A stretch of 64,000 nucleotides of DNA from Macrostomum lignano (taxonomy: Eukaryota), in the NCBI GenBank assembly GCA_002269645.1, contig NIVC01000199.1, forward strand, positions 372,001 through 436,000, read 5' to 3'. Below the pieces are notes generated by a model, which saw only the letters and a list, made by a program, of their open reading frames with translations, searched no databases and was not told the DNA's origin. This document shows, one piece after another, positions 1 to 10,939 of this stretch (the stretch's first letter is position 1; the number at the start of each line of letters is the position of its first letter). The position numbers were made by a program, and so were the translations under genes.

Positions 1-121
1 TGCGCCAGCAAAGATGACTTAACAACTCTGTACGTCGTCTTATTTATCCTTTTCTATCAACTTTTATGGTCTTCCGTACATCTCCTGTAGTTATCCTGCA
101 TGCCATCATCAATGTTGACAA

Positions 122-405
122 TTAACTTGGAACTCCTGTAGTATAGATGAAGTTTCTCCAGTGCCCGCCGCAGCTCTGGCGTCGGTCACCACTGCAGCCA
201 ATATTGCAGTCGGAGTCTTTGGCTATGCCGTGCTTACCCAATGAATTTCCACAGAAGCACCATTCAGATGCTTGCACTCCGGCGTACATGAATCCTTTCG
301 ATGCGCACAGATTCAGACAGAAACCCGGCGTGTTAACATTGCTTCTGTGTTCAATTGGCAGGTCTCGGTTTCTCGAGTCGATGAAACAGCCGAGTCCCTT
401 TAGAA
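122..405 (-). CDS. Secreted 2xWSC-domain protein, exon 3 (WSC domain 2, stop)
   Basis: Acceptor AATTACAG|. Translation LGCFIDSRNRDL...CLNLCASKGFMYAGVQASEWCFCGN...CGGHWRNFIY ends at TAA 124-122. Confidence 0.88.
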
Positions 406-536
406 CTGTAATTAATGCACAGTTCAAATTGCGACTATTTACCAAATTTAGTCTTGAGAAGATTCTTTTCTCAAAGTTGCACAAAGTTTGAATTTTTCTG
501 AGTCATTGTCTGGAATCCACCATGCAAAAGCGGTGG

Positions 537-667
537 TGCGCCAGCAAAGATGACTTAACAACTCTGTACGTCGTCTTATTTATCCTTTTCTATCAACTTT
601 TATGGTCTTCCGTACATCTCCTGTAGTTATCACTGCATGCCATCATCAATGTTGACAATTAACTTGG
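537..667. repeat. Near-identical direct copy of positions 1-130 (post-stop sequence of the WSC gene) inside intron 2
   Basis: 537-667 equals 1-130 except for one inserted A. The copy includes the CCAAGTTAA (minus strand) that forms the exon-3 stop. Confidence 0.95.
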
Positions 668-702
668 TATATGGACTAATTAATTGATAATTAATAGCTT
701 AC

Positions 703-990
703 CGAGTTTTCGACGTACTGTCGAATATATTTCGGTTCTTTGGGTGCCACCACAGCTCCTGCTGCTGTCTCCGCTGCACTTCGTATTGCATTCAGAATCG
801 TCTACTTGGACGTGCTTTGTGAAAGAGTTGCCACAGAAGCACCAAGAACCCTTTTGTACGCCGGCATATAGGTATCCATGTTCCTTACAGTGCCTCTTAC
901 AGTGTTCCGGTGCATTTCCCTTGCTTCCCCGTCGAAAAGGCAGGTCCCGACTTTTAGAGACCTCTTTGAAACAGCCAATTCGTTCTGGGT
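703..990 (-). CDS. Secreted 2xWSC-domain protein, exon 2 (WSC domain 1)
   Basis: Acceptor TTTTTTGCAG| and donor CTCG|GTAAGC, phase 1-1. Translation shows the WSC cysteine pattern GCF..C...C...GY.YAGVQ....CFCGN......C...C.G.....CGG. Confidence 0.88.
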
Positions 991-1194
991 CTGCAAAAAA
1001 CACGCGAGTACATGCTGTGTAATGTTAACTTTGGAAAAAAACTCTTCATTGTTTGAGGTGCTGCAGTAGCAACGAGTGTTGCAATATGTGCAGAGGCGTG
1101 TACATGTACGCTCAAAATAAGATGATGCAGTAACTAACGTATTGCAACCAGAAGGCAAAAAAGCATCAAAAAATGATGCAAAGTAATTTCTTAC

Positions 1195-1507
1195 CTGCTT
1201 TCGGGGGTTTGCTTTCGGCCTTTGGAGGTTTGCTTTCGGCTTTCGGGGGTTTGCTTTCGGCTTTCGGGGGTTTGCTTTCGGCTTTCGGGGGTTTGCTTTC
1301 GGCCTTTGGAGGTTTGCTTTCGGCTTTCGGGGGTTTGCTTTCGGCTTTCGGGGGTTTGCTTTCGGCTTTCGGGGGTTTGCTTTCGGCTTCCGAGCGTTTG
1401 CTTACTACTTTGTGAACACTGCGCTTCAGACTATGTTCACTGCTGGTGGCCACTGGGCTGCAGAAGACACTCAGCGCGATGACTAGCAGAACCAAAGCTA
1501 TCCTCAT
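1195..1507 (-). CDS. Secreted 2xWSC-domain protein, exon 1 (signal peptide, dibasic KR sites, 9x AESKPPK repeat)
   Basis: ATG at 1507 gives MRIALVLLVIALSVFCSPVATS, a hydrophobic signal-peptide-like start. Donor AAGCAG|GTAAG follows 1195 (phase 1). The three exons join in frame: 313+288+284 = 885 nt, 294 aa. Confidence 0.8.
1199..1387 (-). repeat. Coding 21-bp tandem repeat, 9 copies (AESKPPK)
   Basis: Unit TTTCGGGGGTTTGCTTTCGGC on the plus strand, in frame within exon 1. Confidence 0.95.
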
Positions 1508-2116
1508 TATACACTTTGCTATGATTAGGCTTAACAGAGACAATAGAAACCTAAGAGAAGTCTGAGCTGTAAATGGTTGCGAGGAGTTACTGAATTGCTG
1601 AAAAGGAACCGAGCTCTCAAATAGCACTGCAATTTATAGCCTTTTGCGTCGAGCTGCCACGTGGAAGGTAGGGAAAATGTCAATTTAATTTAATAGGAAT
1701 GCGAATTGCTGGAAATGCTGCGCGATTCTCTGCCTTCGAGCAAAGGAATTTATCAAAAAATATTCAAAAAAGTAATTTAAGTTTGTGTAACTTTCTCTAA
1801 CAGCGGAACATGTCGCTTTGGTGGCTTAACATTTTTTTGAATTAAAAAATTGGTTTGGAAGTAGCTATTCGAAATTTAGGAATTTCAACTTGCCGATACT
1901 AAAAATAAGTTGTCTCTGTGTAAGTACGTCTGTTTATTTAGTGCTGCCGATAATATTGTTTGAAACAATTAAGGTGAACACTTCAGATGCAAGCAGTCCA
2001 TTTGATATTTGACGTATTGTAGGCTAATAAGTTCATGTAAATGTAGAGTGAAAGTAATTGTAGTGGCCAGACGTGTACTCGTCTATCGAATATTCTAAGA
2101 TCACGTGGGGACACGT

Positions 2117-2754
2117 CATTCGAAAGTGACAAGGACAGTTCTGTGGCTTCACACAAATCTCAATAGTCTATGGCCCAAGAAAAATGGCTGGATGGAGCAA
2201 TCAGTTTTCCAACGGGGCAATCAACTTTCCATACGATGTGGTCTACGCGCAAAAGGCTCCATAGGAAGTGGGACAGAAGTTTAACTTTGTCTATGGCCAA
2301 ACTGTACCCTGAACAGTCAAGACAGTAAACATAAAGACAAACCATCTCTGACTAAAGTCAGGCTTCAAATCCGCTTTCTGACTACTTGGAGCCCTGCCTT
2401 AATTTTTGTCCGTTCACCATGGCAGAGGTTCAACCTCCGCAAGGTCAAAATGCAAGAATAATCTACGACGAAACGCGGAGACTCCTCATCATCCAGATCA
2501 GCCTATGCTTGCTTGGTAATCCGACAATGAGTTTCAGAACCTTAACCGTTGATTAGTTTTGTTGCAGAGTCACTTTCATGGTTCTCTGTGCTTTTGCTTC
2601 ATGAAATGAAATACGATCTTTTGGATTTAAGCATACATTGCAAAGTTGATTGCCTCTATTAGAAAACTGATTGCTCCTTCCAGCCATTTTTATTGGGCCA
2701 TAGACAATTGAGATTTGTGCGAAGCCACAGAACTGTCCTTGTCACCTTCGAATG
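2117..2754. repeat. Inverted repeat pair, about 115-bp arms (2117-2232 and 2639-2754)
   Basis: CATTCGAAAGTGACAAGGACAGTTCTGTGGC... matches the reverse complement of ...GCCACAGAACTGTCCTTGTCACCTTCGAATG with scattered mismatches. Confidence 0.85.
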
Positions 2755-3130
2755 CCCCAATGGCAACTTCCAATAGTTCTTCAGACCTACGCTCGTACAG
2801 CCATCACTAACAATGCCGAAGTCGCCTCTTGATCACTTGCCTTGCCATCCCCTTTTTCAACATAGCCGAACAACATGCGAGTTCCATTCAACTATTGATT
2901 ATTTCAATGGCATCCCATCGGCCACTACATTGCAGTAGTCAAAGGCTGTGCCATCGCTGGAGCTGCGTCGATGAGAAAGTTCCTGGAAAGCCTGACCACT
3001 AAATTCAGGAAAACATTTAGCGTTTGAAATCCATCTACGAAGAGACGCAGGGTGGGAAAGCTGAAAATACTTTCTGGCATAGCTACTCATATAGGATTTG
3101 GGACTGTAGAAGTGCGAGGTGCGGTTGCGA
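2560..3130 (-). pseudogene. Degenerate P-element/THAP9-type transposase relic
   Basis: Minus-strand fragments HFYSPKSY..YARKYFQLSHPASLRRW, CNVVADGM, FGYVEKG..ATSALLVMAV.GLKNYWKLPIG match P/THAP9 transposase motifs. They are broken by stops and frameshifts. Confidence 0.75.
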
Positions 3131-4599
3131 AAGTAGATGACATTTAGCGGTTGTGAAGTTTCGCGTTTGTGAAAGCAACCCTCTAGCGGCTCATGCCAAG
3201 TCCCATTCAGATTTTAAGCTAAGATCTTAAAATCGTTCTCTTCAAAACAAGTACCGCAAAATTCGATTATTGGGCTCAAAGCATAGGCAAATTTAGCGAA
3301 GAACGAGAACCCTGAAAGAGGCAATCAGGAAGAGTTGAGGAAAAAGAGCTTTCTGAATGAAGCGGCTGCATCGCGCCAGAATTTTTTCACCTCAGCTTCT
3401 TTGATTAGCAGCATTTTGTTCCGAATCTCCCAACCGCCCGCCAGTCAGGGTATCTCATCGTTTTGCTTTGACTGGCAACGCACCGCACTGGCTCTGCCTG
3501 GTAACTCGGCTGATGTTGAGGTCAACTCGCTTGGCCTGATATCTGTGCTGGAGGGTGGCTGTTAATTTCTTATCACACTAATGTCCCCGCTACTGACCTC
3601 TAATCGTTTCATTTATGCGCCTTATCTTTTCCCTTTCACTTATTGCACTCCTTAACCTAACTTCAACCTCGATTTGGTGTTCTTTTGCTTTAGCTTGTTT
3701 TCATTTGGCCTATAGACTTGAGATTTTCTAAACCCTATAACGTTCGTCTTTTATGTAGGTTAGACATTTTGCGACGGAGTATAAATGTGAAATTATATAG
3801 GAGAGGGAATCTCAAAAACAATAGTAGTAGCGGTGACGATGTTAAACAATAGAATAGTTTGGTGCACTGGTGAGATATTGGTAATACTCGTAAATTCCTG
3901 CACTGAAGACCTATACGGCTGATTGTGGGGCTGCGTTCGGCAGAGAGGGTGGTCGGGTAAAGCCGTCACACTGGACGCCCCCCCCATCCTCAGTGCGGTG
4001 CTCCAGCCCTTGTGCCAACCGACAACCTCACCCTACCCAGCTTCTCGTGGTGGGGTCGGGATCAAACGCTGCTATACACGCGGTAGCAATGCCTGCTTCA
4101 GTTTCTGTCTCTGTAATGTCACCGGGGAGTAAGCTAGTATTGGCTTGCACGTGGTTCATTTAGCTCGACCGCGTCGTCATAAATACGCAGCTACAGTACG
4201 AAAGATTTTGCAATAAAATTCCATCCATTTTTTGTTTGCTTGCGATTATTTTGCTGGGTGCCCTTCTACTTCGTACCATACCCAGTACGTAAGCAATAGG
4301 GAAATAAGCTGCACTCATCATGTCCTTTCGCGCTCCTGCCTCCGTCAATGGATCGGCTACTGAGCCATGCAATGCAATCCCGTCAAACTGACCAACCCGC
4401 TAATGAGATGTCGAGAGTGACTACATGCATATATTAAACTGAATTTTTCAGTTCTTTCAGTAGCCTTGTTAGCGAAACTTTTCTCGGCGTTGGACGTCTT
4501 GAGACATTGTTGCTGGCAAGCGCAGTTGAGACAGGAGCTTGTGGATCTCTAGTTCAAGAAGAGAGTGAGGTTCAGCAGCGACGCCTACAGCTCCTGCTC

Positions 4600-5073
4600 C
4601 TCATCATCCGCTGACTAAGCTAATGCGAGTATAGCGACGCCGAAGCCACCGAGGAGAATCGACCTTCGGGCACATCAGCACCACGGCAACCGATCTAATT
4701 AGCGACTATGAGGAGGGAGCTCCAGACCCCGAGTAAAGCCGCCATAGCCGACGCCGCACCGACTCGCTCAGCCGAAAGACACCGAACAATGAATTTGACC
4801 GACCCCATCCCGAGGCCAGTCATTCGCGAGGAGCTCCAGACCCATCAGTGTGCTGACTCTGCCATTGCCATGGTGATCGACTTACATGTACTAGAAAGCG
4901 GAAAACCCAAGCCAACGCTTTCACAGCGACTAAATATGACGAGAGATGAACGAAATCTCCTGGCATTCTACGACCAACTCGAAGTCCGAGACGACGGTCT
5001 GCTAGTAGTACACCTAGACGAGGCCGACGACGAAGGAACAGCGCGGATCGTCCTGCGGAAGAGTCTCGACGCC
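4600..5073 (+). mobile_element. Gypsy LTR-retrotransposon pol relic, left part (RNaseH-integrase linker), split by a LINE
   Basis: Linker-like ORF (..AFYDQLEVRDDGLLVV..ARIVL). The integrase zinc-binding region resumes immediately after the LINE at 9943. Confidence 0.6.
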
Positions 5074-5592
5074 GCACGCGAAGGCGTATTCAGCATGCCA
5101 GTGAAGTATGAGACAGACTAGGCCCATGGGCTAAGGTCTGCGATGCTTCACGCCTGCCCCTATCTTCAGCAGGTCAAGGCTGGTGGGAGGTCTGCACCCT
5201 CTATTTGCCTCTGGCAGCCGCAGACCCCCCCCCCACGCTGTCTCGCAAGTCGACCCAGGGTACTCGTCCCCGCGTGTGTTCAAGGCAGTCCCTAGGGCTG
5301 CTGGACAGACTGGGCTCCGGCGCTGGCGACCCTATCCAGTGGCTTCGGCCGAATTTGGGTATGCGGGTCTGGCTCGCCAACCTGCAGGCCGTGGTACTGC
5401 TCAACGTACTCTCTAATGCCTAAGGTGTTGACCGTGCCGATGGGCTGGAAGGCCGGGGAGTAGTCCGGTCGCTAGCGGTCCCCCTCCTGGTGTCGGGCTA
5501 GCCTTGAGGGTGCTATTGGCCTACTGCCCGGTCAGGTGGAGCGGCCGGGTGGGTACCGCGCCCCTTTGAGGGTAGCCCACCAACCTTTTATC

Positions 5593-7116
5593 ATGGCCTT
5601 CGAGCCGCCTATGGATAACCAAACTAATTCTAGGGACGGGGACCCTTCTAAACCCCAACCTCAGTCCGAAGGACCGGCCGGCCCTGCTGGCAGATCCCAA
5701 CCGACTGATTCAACTGTGGCAAAGGAAGGACCGGCTGGCTCTGCTGGCAGATCCGACCAGAGCTACCAAACTCATAATACCCAAAGACCTGCCAGCTCCG
5801 CTGGTGGATCTAAGGGAACCGCGAGCTCTGAGCCTAAAGGACCGGCCAAATCTGGCAGATCCGATGAAGCTCAGCGAGCTCGGCTTGAGCGCAAACGCGC
5901 TAAACAACGCGCCAAAAGGCAGGCCAAGAAGGGAGCTGCGGGGGCCAAAGCGGCGGCGTCCACCATGGATGCTGAAGCGACTGGCGTCCCAAGGCAACCA
6001 GACGGGCCGGCCGGTGAAAGCTCCGGTAGTTCAGCGGCGGCGCTCCCTGGAGATGCTGCTGCGGCTGCTGAGGCCGAAACCACGGCGCAACAAATGGCCA
6101 CTGCCAACAAGGAGGTTCCTTCGGGAGCTACCTTTGCGGCGAAGGCCAAGGCCAAAATCCCGGGAGTGATCATCCAAGGTCGCGACCAGGACTGGACCAC
6201 TGATCAGCTTCAAAAAGTGTGGAGTGCTGTTGACTCCTATCTGATTGAGCTGACTGTCGAGGAGGGAATCTCCATCGGCATTGAGCGGATGGTGCTGCGA
6301 AGCACATTCGTTCTTATTGCTCCTAGCAGCGAGGAGGACGCTCGGCAGCTGCTTCAGCGGCTACCGACGGTCTCCTTGGATGCTGACCTTGGCGGAGCTC
6401 TTTTTCTTCGCGAGGGCCAGCGTCCAAAGACGATACCCTATGTGGTTTTCGTCCCTGCTAAGAGCACCGCAGCTGGACCAAACGTTATTTGCCGGGTCCT
6501 ACTGCGTCTGAACCCCGACCTCCCTGCTAGTGGACTGGTGTACCACCGTAAAGTCCGCAGGGGGGAGACGGGCAACTCAATTGTCCTCGGCCTTTCCAGC
6601 ACTTGGGCGAGTCGGTACCCTAATGGATCCTCTTTCCAGCTGGGTGCCCTCAAGCTCAAGATGCGCCGAGGAAAGTCTGCCAAAGGGAAGGCTACTGCCA
6701 ACCCCGGCATCTCCGGCAAGAGCGGGGCGCAGTCTAAGGCCCAAGGAAAGGCGCAAGCCGATCCCAAAGCCAAAGCTGCATCTCGCCCCTCTGCTAGCAG
6801 CAGTTCGGCGACCGCGGTAACGGCTCCGGCCAAGCCCCGGGAACCAAACCTGCCAGTCGGAGAAGGAGTTGAGGACGAGGCCGGGTCTTCGGAATCCGAG
6901 CTCTCCTCGGCCACCTTGGTGGGGTCTGAAGGTAAAGATGCAGGTGAGGAAGCTTCCTCCATCCTGTCATCGGAGCCTGAGGACTCTGCTGGGGGGGGGC
7001 CGGTGGGGGTGAGGAGGCCATGGACGTCGACCAACTCCCATCTCCCAGTCAAGCCCCAGCGGCCTGGGACGAGGACGATCTGTTGTCCAAGTCTCCTTGA
7101 TGGCCCTGGGCTCTAG
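5593..7116 (+). CDS. LINE ORF1 (basic/low-complexity nucleic-acid-binding protein)
   Basis: Long ORF upstream of ORF2 with first ATG at 5593. It has a basic stretch RLERKRAKQRAKRQAKK and an acidic tail. No clear zinc knuckle is seen. Confidence 0.7.
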   Translation: MAFEPPMDNQTNSRDGDPSKPQPQSEGPAGPAGRSQPTDSTVAKEGPAGSAGRSDQSYQTHNTQRPASSAGGSKGTASSEPKGPAKSGRSDEAQRARLERKRAKQRAKRQAKKGAAGAKAAASTMDAEATGVPRQPDGPAGESSGSSAAALPGDAAAAAEAETTAQQMATANKEVPSGATFAAKAKAKIPGVIIQGRDQDWTTDQLQKVWSAVDSYLIELTVEEGISIGIERMVLRSTFVLIAPSSEEDARQLLQRLPTVSLDADLGGALFLREGQRPKTIPYVVFVPAKSTAAGPNVICRVLLRLNPDLPASGLVYHRKVRRGETGNSIVLGLSSTWASRYPNGSSFQLGALKLKMRRGKSAKGKATANPGISGKSGAQSKAQGKAQADPKAKAASRPSASSSSATAVTAPAKPREPNLPVGEGVEDEAGSSESELSSATLVGSEGKDAGEEASSILSSEPEDSAGGGPVGVRRPWTSTNSHLPVKPQRPGTRTICCPSLLDGPGL

Positions 7117-7139
7117 CCAGAAATTGCATTTAATACAGT

Positions 7140-9238
7140 ATGACTAAGCTCCACGCTGCCAAAGGAGCGACATTCTGTCTGCAAATTAATTTACAGCATT
7201 GCGTATCTGCGTCAGTAAATCTGATGAAGATTGCTGAGCTGTACAGGCCAGGCCTCATCCTGATCCAGGAACCCTGGATGCGCAACGGTAAGTTGCCCAA
7301 CATTCCCTCTGGCTACTCTGATTTTTATGTGTGTGGCCCGGGGAACAGCCGCCCTAGAGCGGCTATCCTCGCTGCTAGCCATCTCCAAGCTTGGCTGAGG
7401 ACTGATCTCTCTGATGGAGACCTTTGTGTCATCCAATCTAATCATTTCTCTCCGCGTACGTGTCTTGTTGCCTCGGTTTATATCCCAGGCGACAGAGACC
7501 CTGCTCCTGAGAGTTTACTGCGCCTCGCGCAGTACTGCGAGTCCCAGAACGCTGAGCTGTGCTTAGGGGGCGACCTCAACGCGCACCACAAGCACTGGGG
7601 CAGCAAAGATACCAACACTAGAGGAGAGGAGCTTCTGGCCCTCATCTCTAACACAAACCTCATGCTCTGCAACCGCGGCAGCACTCCTACCTTTAATAAT
7701 GGCAGATGGACCGAGGTCCTCGACGCCACACTCGTTACCCCAAGACTCTTTGACAGAGTTGAGGAGTGGAGAGTCTGGTCTGAGGAGCCCTCCCTGTCTG
7801 ACCACTGCTTTATCGCCTTTAACATCGCGGACACTAAAACCCAGTCTCCGATCACTTGGAGACGCAATATCCGCAACACTGATTGGGCGGCCTACAAGGC
7901 TGCCCTTGATCTGCACCTGCAGGAACTCACGGACTTACGTCCGATTGAGACCTGCGAGGATGTGGATCATATGGCTGAGACGCTGACAGGTTGCATTATT
8001 GAAGCCTACGAAGCGGCTTGTCCTGCTCGCGCCTACAAAGGCAAGACCTCGGCGCCGTGGTGGAACCCGGAGCTGGGGAAACTCAGGCGGAAGGCCAAAA
8101 GCCTTCATCGCCGTGCCATGAAGACCGGAAACCCGGAGGACATGGAGCTTTTCCGGCAAGCCTCCCGCAATTTAAAATCTGAAGTGCGCAAGGCCAAGGA
8201 ATGTAAGTGGCGCCAATTCTGCAATGAATTGGATCAAGACAGACCTACTTCTAGGCTTGTCAAGGCCCTTACAATGGACAAAATGTCCAAATTAGCCATG
8301 ATCAAAAAAGATGATGGCTCTCTTACTAAAGACCCTGAAGAAGTGCTTCAGCATATGCTTAGCACATTCTTCCCGAGGGTACCTACTGCTAGACCGGAGC
8401 CCAACCATTCGATGGATGGAGCCACCCTAGCGGCGGGCATTGTCACTGAAGACCTAATCGCTCGTGCGGTCAGAACCTTCAAACCCTTCAAATCTCCTGG
8501 ACCTGATGGTATCTACCCTGTTCTCCTTCGTGAAGCAGCCAAGATACCCTCGTTCCTGAGACTCACCCGCAATCTCATGCGGGCCTCTATCCAGCTGGGA
8601 TACGTTCCCAAATGCTGGACTGAAGCTCGGGTAGTCTTTATTCCCAAACCTGGGAAGGGTGACTACCAAAGCGTCAAGGCCTTCCGGCCTATTAGCTTAA
8701 CGTCAGCAATGCTTAAGCTCACTGAGAGGCTTATTCTCTGGCGGCTGCTGTCCTGCGAGCTGACAGCGATGCCCCTCAGCAATAATCAGCACGCCTTCCG
8801 CACCGGGAGGTCGACTGACAGCGCCCTGCATGCGATTGTCGAGAAGATTGAAAGGGCGGTACTGGGTGACGGTTACGCTCTGGCTCTCTTTCTTGACATT
8901 GTTGGCGCCTTCGACAACGTTATCTTTGAAGCGTTTCAGAGGGCCCTTCAAAATCGCAAAGCTCATGCTACCCTCATACGGTGGATCATGTACATGATCT
9001 CCAACCGTACGGTCACTGCCCAACTTCTTGGGCAAACTGCCTCCACCAGAGTCTGTAAGGGTGGACCCCAAGGCGGAGTCCTCACCCCGACGCTCTGGAA
9101 CCTGGTCATGGACGCTCTTTTGAGTGACTCCCGACCCGACCCCGTCTTCAAAGTCGGGTATGCTCATGACGTCACGGCCATTGTGGCAGGACCGTCTCCC
9201 AGCACGCTCAGGGATCTGATGCAGAGCTTTATCCTTAA
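7140..9238 (+). pseudogene. LINE ORF2, APE endonuclease + RT (catalytic YADD mutated to YAHD; truncated by deletion)
   Basis: Motifs QINLQH, LIQEPW, GGDLNAHH..WGS, SDH, KSPGPDG, FRPISLTS, FLDIVGAFDN, PQGGVLTPTLW. TAT GCT CAT GAC (YAHD) lies at 9159-9170. Confidence 0.9.
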
Positions 9239-9847
9239 ATTACCCTTAAGTGGGTTCCGGGGCATGTGGGGATCCGAGGAAATGAGTTGGCTGACACCCT
9301 TGCAAAAGTTGGTGCCTCCGGCTCCTCTCTCGGCCCCGAACCTCTTGTCCCGATTCCTGGCTGTGTCATCGACTCGCGCATCAAAGCGTGGATCAGGACT
9401 CAGCACCGCTCGACTTGGGCGAACCGCACGAACTGCAGGCAATCCAGAGGCGCTGTCCCTCAGCCCTCTCACCAGCTCCGGAAGCTCCTCTTGCGCCTCT
9501 CGCGCAGAGACATCCGGGCTGCCACCATGACCCTCTCTGGTCACGGCTGCTTCTCCAGGCACCAGTACCTGCAGGGCAACGCCACCAACGCCACCTGCAG
9601 TTTCTGCAACTCAGGTGACGAAACCGCTGAGCATTTCGTCAGCATCTGTCCCGCCTTCACGCGGGCCAGACTCACTTACCTCGGGCCACACACATCTATT
9701 ACTGAAGCGTGCAAACCCGAAAACTTTAATCAGCTCATGCGCTACCTTCGGGCCACCCGCAGGGCTGAACTCTCCTTTCCAGAGAGCATTATAGCTGCTG
9801 GCGACACTGGGGGACCTCCCTGGGCGGCGCCAACCCTCCGTCCATAG
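9239..9847 (+). pseudogene. LINE ORF2 C-terminus (RNase H end + CCHC finger), out of frame after the deletion
   Basis: ITLKWVPGHVGIRGNELADTLAK is an RNase H C-terminus. CSFCNSGDETAEHFVSICP is a CCHC finger. TAG at 9845-9847. Confidence 0.88.
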
Positions 9848-9942
9848 CGACGCGTCGGCCGTTCAGGGACTAGCGGAATGGGCGCTCGCGCCTTCCCGCT
9901 GTGTCCCCTCCGGGACAGCCCTGCAGCTAAGTCAAGTAAGTC

Positions 9943-10213
9943 AAGAGTCTCGACGCCACAGTGTTCACCATGGATCGCATTACTGCAGACACGTACATGG
10001 GCCGAGATCTCACGACAGCTATAAGTGTGCGAAAGGTTCTGGCGACATGCCCTAGCTAAAGAAGCGTCCGACTATGTCGCTTCCTGCCAGACCTACACTC
10101 AGAGCAAAGGACGGCGACGAGTTCCGGCGCATGCACAGTCGTTTCCGGTCTACGAACTTAATGGGCGATGTGCAATTGACATCCTAGGTCCCACTGGATA
10201 CTTACTTACTTAA
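9943..10213 (+). mobile_element. Gypsy integrase relic, right part (zinc-binding domain and start of core)
   Basis: CERFWRHALAKEASDYVASCQTY...RCAIDILGP resembles Gypsy integrase RFWW..DV..YV.SC..C...IDI.GP. Confidence 0.75.
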
Positions 10214-10289
10214 ATACGTCACAAGATAATGCTGTTTTTGATCTACAAATAGATCATTATCTCTACAACAATCAAAAATGGAAGCAAAA

Positions 10290-10390
10290 ACGTTTAGCTC
10301 ATATTTTGCCTTAAAATTTCAACCCAAAAGCTTAAAAACCTGTATATTTCTGATCCTGGGATCGCAAAAACCGGGATTTTGCACTCCCTA
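10290..10390. mobile_element. Possible isolated end of a hAT-like MITE
   Basis: Ends ...GGGATTTTGCACTCCCTA (TAGGGAGTGCA on minus). No partner end was found. Confidence 0.3.
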
Positions 10391-10939
10391 ATTCTGAAAT
10401 AGTATTCATTTGCATGCCACTTAAACTTAAAGTTTAAATTACATGAATAAATGTTTAAATGAAGTTGTGTCTTGCGCTAGAAATTTATTTGCCAGACTGC
10501 TCCTCTTGGAGTCGTGGTGGCTGGGGAATTGTTTGGTGGGGTGAAGAAAGAATGCCCCCATCTTGTACAGGCCGCAATTTCGCTTCCAGTCCACGTGAGG
10601 AAAGGAAGTGTTGCGGACAACGGCCCCCACTCCCCCCTTCCTCAGAAGCCCACACGTTGGGGAAGCTTTGCCCCCATGTTGTACAGAAAAAAATTCTTAT
10701 TCGTTTCGCGTCCCGGTACTTAAATATAGCCGTCCATGGGTTAAGCCAGACTGCCAGAGACTTCTAAATATACTGGTAACAGCTGTTATCTGTTATCTTC
10801 AGAGCTCCCTGGTGGAAGCAAAGGAAAGGAAAGAAGCAAAAAAGCAAAAAAATGGAAGCAAAAAAAGAAGCAAAAAAAATAAAGGAGGAAGCAAAGGCAC
10901 CCCTCCCAGTCCTGGTTTTCAATCGAGCCTGAGCCTGGG

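Larger units (their letters stand above)
5074..9942 (+). mobile_element. Non-LTR retrotransposon (LINE; APE-RT-RNaseH-CCHC, LOA/Lian or I-group-like), both ends present but internally deleted
   Basis: 15-bp TSD AAGAGTCTCGACGCC at 5059-5073 and 9943-9957, 3' tail (TAAGTCAAG)2, and two ORFs. Clade assignment is inference from the PQGGVL..TLWNL motif plus RNase H. Confidence 0.92.

Noticed and set aside
3895-4080. Possible hammerhead ribozyme (CTGAAGA plus nearby stems)
   Set aside because: There is no correctly placed GAAA or closing helices.
10722-10746. CCGTCCATGGG|TTAA resembling a piggyBac end
   Set aside because: No matching opposite end was found in the window.
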